Of a DNA stretch of 64,000 nucleotides, positions 63,055 to 64,000 are shown one piece after another. Below the pieces are notes generated by a model. The model was not told the DNA's origin and made no database searches. It was given only the letters and a program-made list of their open reading frames with translations. This stretch comes from Dehalococcoidia bacterium (lineage in GTDB: Bacteria; Chloroflexota; Dehalococcoidia; Lucifugimonadales; Australimonadaceae), in the NCBI GenBank assembly GCA_034422795.1, contig DAOUJK010000022.1, forward strand, positions 70,556 through 134,555. The letters are read 5' to 3'. Both the position numbers and the translations under genes were made by a program. Numbering within the stretch: position 1 is the first letter of the stretch; each line of letters begins with the position of its first letter.

Positions 63055-64000
63055 ATGCTGGCCGAACTCACCGTCCGCAATCTTGCCGTTATCGAGGAGA
63101 CACGCCTTGCGTTCGGGCCGGGGCTGAACGTCATCACCGGCGAAACGGGAGCGGGCAAGTCGTTGCTGGTGGACGCGCTGGCGTTCGTTCTCGGAGGCGC
63201 GACCGACCGGGGGATGATGCGGCGAGGCGCGGACTCCACGAGCGTCGAGGCGGTCTTCTCTGTCAACCAGCGAGACGCGCGCGAGGCGCTTTCCGAGATC
63301 GGACTGGATGTGGACGAGGAGGACGGGGTTGCCGTGCTGTACCGGGAGGTGCACAAGGAAGGACGCACGGTCTCCCGCCTGAATGGACGCGCCGTGCCGG
63401 TGAGCGTACTGCGGACCGTCGGCGGGGCGCTGGTTGATATCCACGGGCAGGGGTCGCACCTTTCGCTGCTCGAACCGCGCTTCCAGATGCGGGCGCTGGA
63501 CGACTTCGGCGGCCTTGCAGAGCAGCGCGACGCTGTCGAATACGCCGTAGAGGCGACGCTCCGTCTGCGCGGCGAACTCGCCGACACCGATGCTGCGATA
63601 CGAGGGGCGGAGCAGCGGCGCGATCTGCTGGCATTCCAGGTGGACGAGATCGAGTCCGCCGCACTGGTGGATGGCGAAGAGGAGGCGCTGCTGCGGGAGC
63701 AGAACGTGCTGGAGCACGCCGAGAGCGTGCGCGATGCCTGCGCTGCCGCCTACCAGGCTCTGAGTGACGGCGACCGCAATGCCGCAGACCTCGCTGGAGA
63801 AGCGCTCGACCACCTTCGCCGCGCTCCCGGAGCAGCAGAGGCGCTGGCGGTCCACATCGAGACGCTGGAGTCCGCTGCCGCGCAACTCAGAGAGGCGGCA
63901 CGGGAGGTGCGGGACCTCGCAGAGAGCGTTGAGTCCGATCCGGCACGGCTTGCGGAGATCGAGGAGCGCGTGGGACTGCTGCGCCGGCTCAAGCGGAAGT
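63055..64000 (+). CDS. recN: DNA repair protein RecN, N-terminal part (continues past window end)
   Basis: My translation from ATG at 63055 gives MLAELTVRNLAVIEETRLAFGPGLNVITGETGAGKSLLVDALAFVLGG... (Walker A motif GETGAGKS). Confidence 0.85.
   Translation, partial: MLAELTVRNLAVIEETRLAFGPGLNVITGETGAGKSLLVDALAFVLGGATDRGMMRRGADSTSVEAVFSVNQRDAREALSEIGLDVDEEDGVAVLYREVHKEGRTVSRLNGRAVPVSVLRTVGGALVDIHGQGSHLSLLEPRFQMRALDDFGGLAEQRDAVEYAVEATLRLRGELADTDAAIRGAEQRRDLLAFQVDEIESAALVDGEEEALLREQNVLEHAESVRDACAAAYQALSDGDRNAADLAGEALDHLRRAPGAAEALAVHIETLESAAAQLREAAREVRDLAESVESDPARLAEIEERVGLLRRLKRK

Noticed and set aside
62424-63885. 387-aa and 393-aa minus-strand ORFs over the EamA and recN genes
   Set aside because: They are shadow ORFs. 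The plus strand encodes a clear DMT transporter and RecN (Walker A).

Overview
This is a high-G+C bacterial chromosome segment with GGAGG-type ribosome-binding sites and many long antisense shadow ORFs. The lineage cannot be determined from sequence alone; the gene content looks Chloroflexota- or Actinomycetota-like. All family calls rest on motifs I recognise by eye. No database search or composition calculation was run.

Part 1 (about 0.3-20.5 kb) looks like an accessory or integrated block ending at tRNA-Leu(TAG). It contains:
- a HEPN + nucleotidyltransferase pair, divergent from a SMODS/CD-NTase-like nucleotidyltransferase;
- a visibly AT-richer five-gene operon (RHH regulator, SPPF beta-class DNA methyltransferase, unknown 273-aa protein, MORC-like GHKL ATPase, 4-TM protein). 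I consider this the best candidate for an undescribed defence-type system;
- a DUF2806-like protein, a small AT-hook protein, a double-length replication-relaxation protein and an XRE regulator;
- a 1,488-aa secreted FN3/Ig-repeat protein;
- a Cre-like tyrosine recombinase gene bracketed by inverted lox-like 15-8-15 sites;
- a large serine recombinase whose ORF runs antisense through the tRNA gene.

Part 2 (about 20.5-64 kb) is mostly catabolic and transport genes: Rieske oxygenase, amidohydrolases, SDRs, VOC, a LigB-type dioxygenase, a MerR/TipA regulator, hydantoinase A/B, D-aminoacylase, and many MFS and EamA transporters. Structural oddities in this part:
- four tandem alpha/beta-hydrolase paralogs and three tandem EamA paralogs;
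- a frameshift-split gene;
- a ~2.5-kb AT-richer insertion carrying a sacsin-like GHKL ATPase, flanked by a duplicated 3' end of the neighbouring MFS gene;
- a nested inverted-repeat array.

Part 2 also holds tRNA-Leu(TAA), selA and the start of recN. I saw no rRNA genes or CRISPR arrays.
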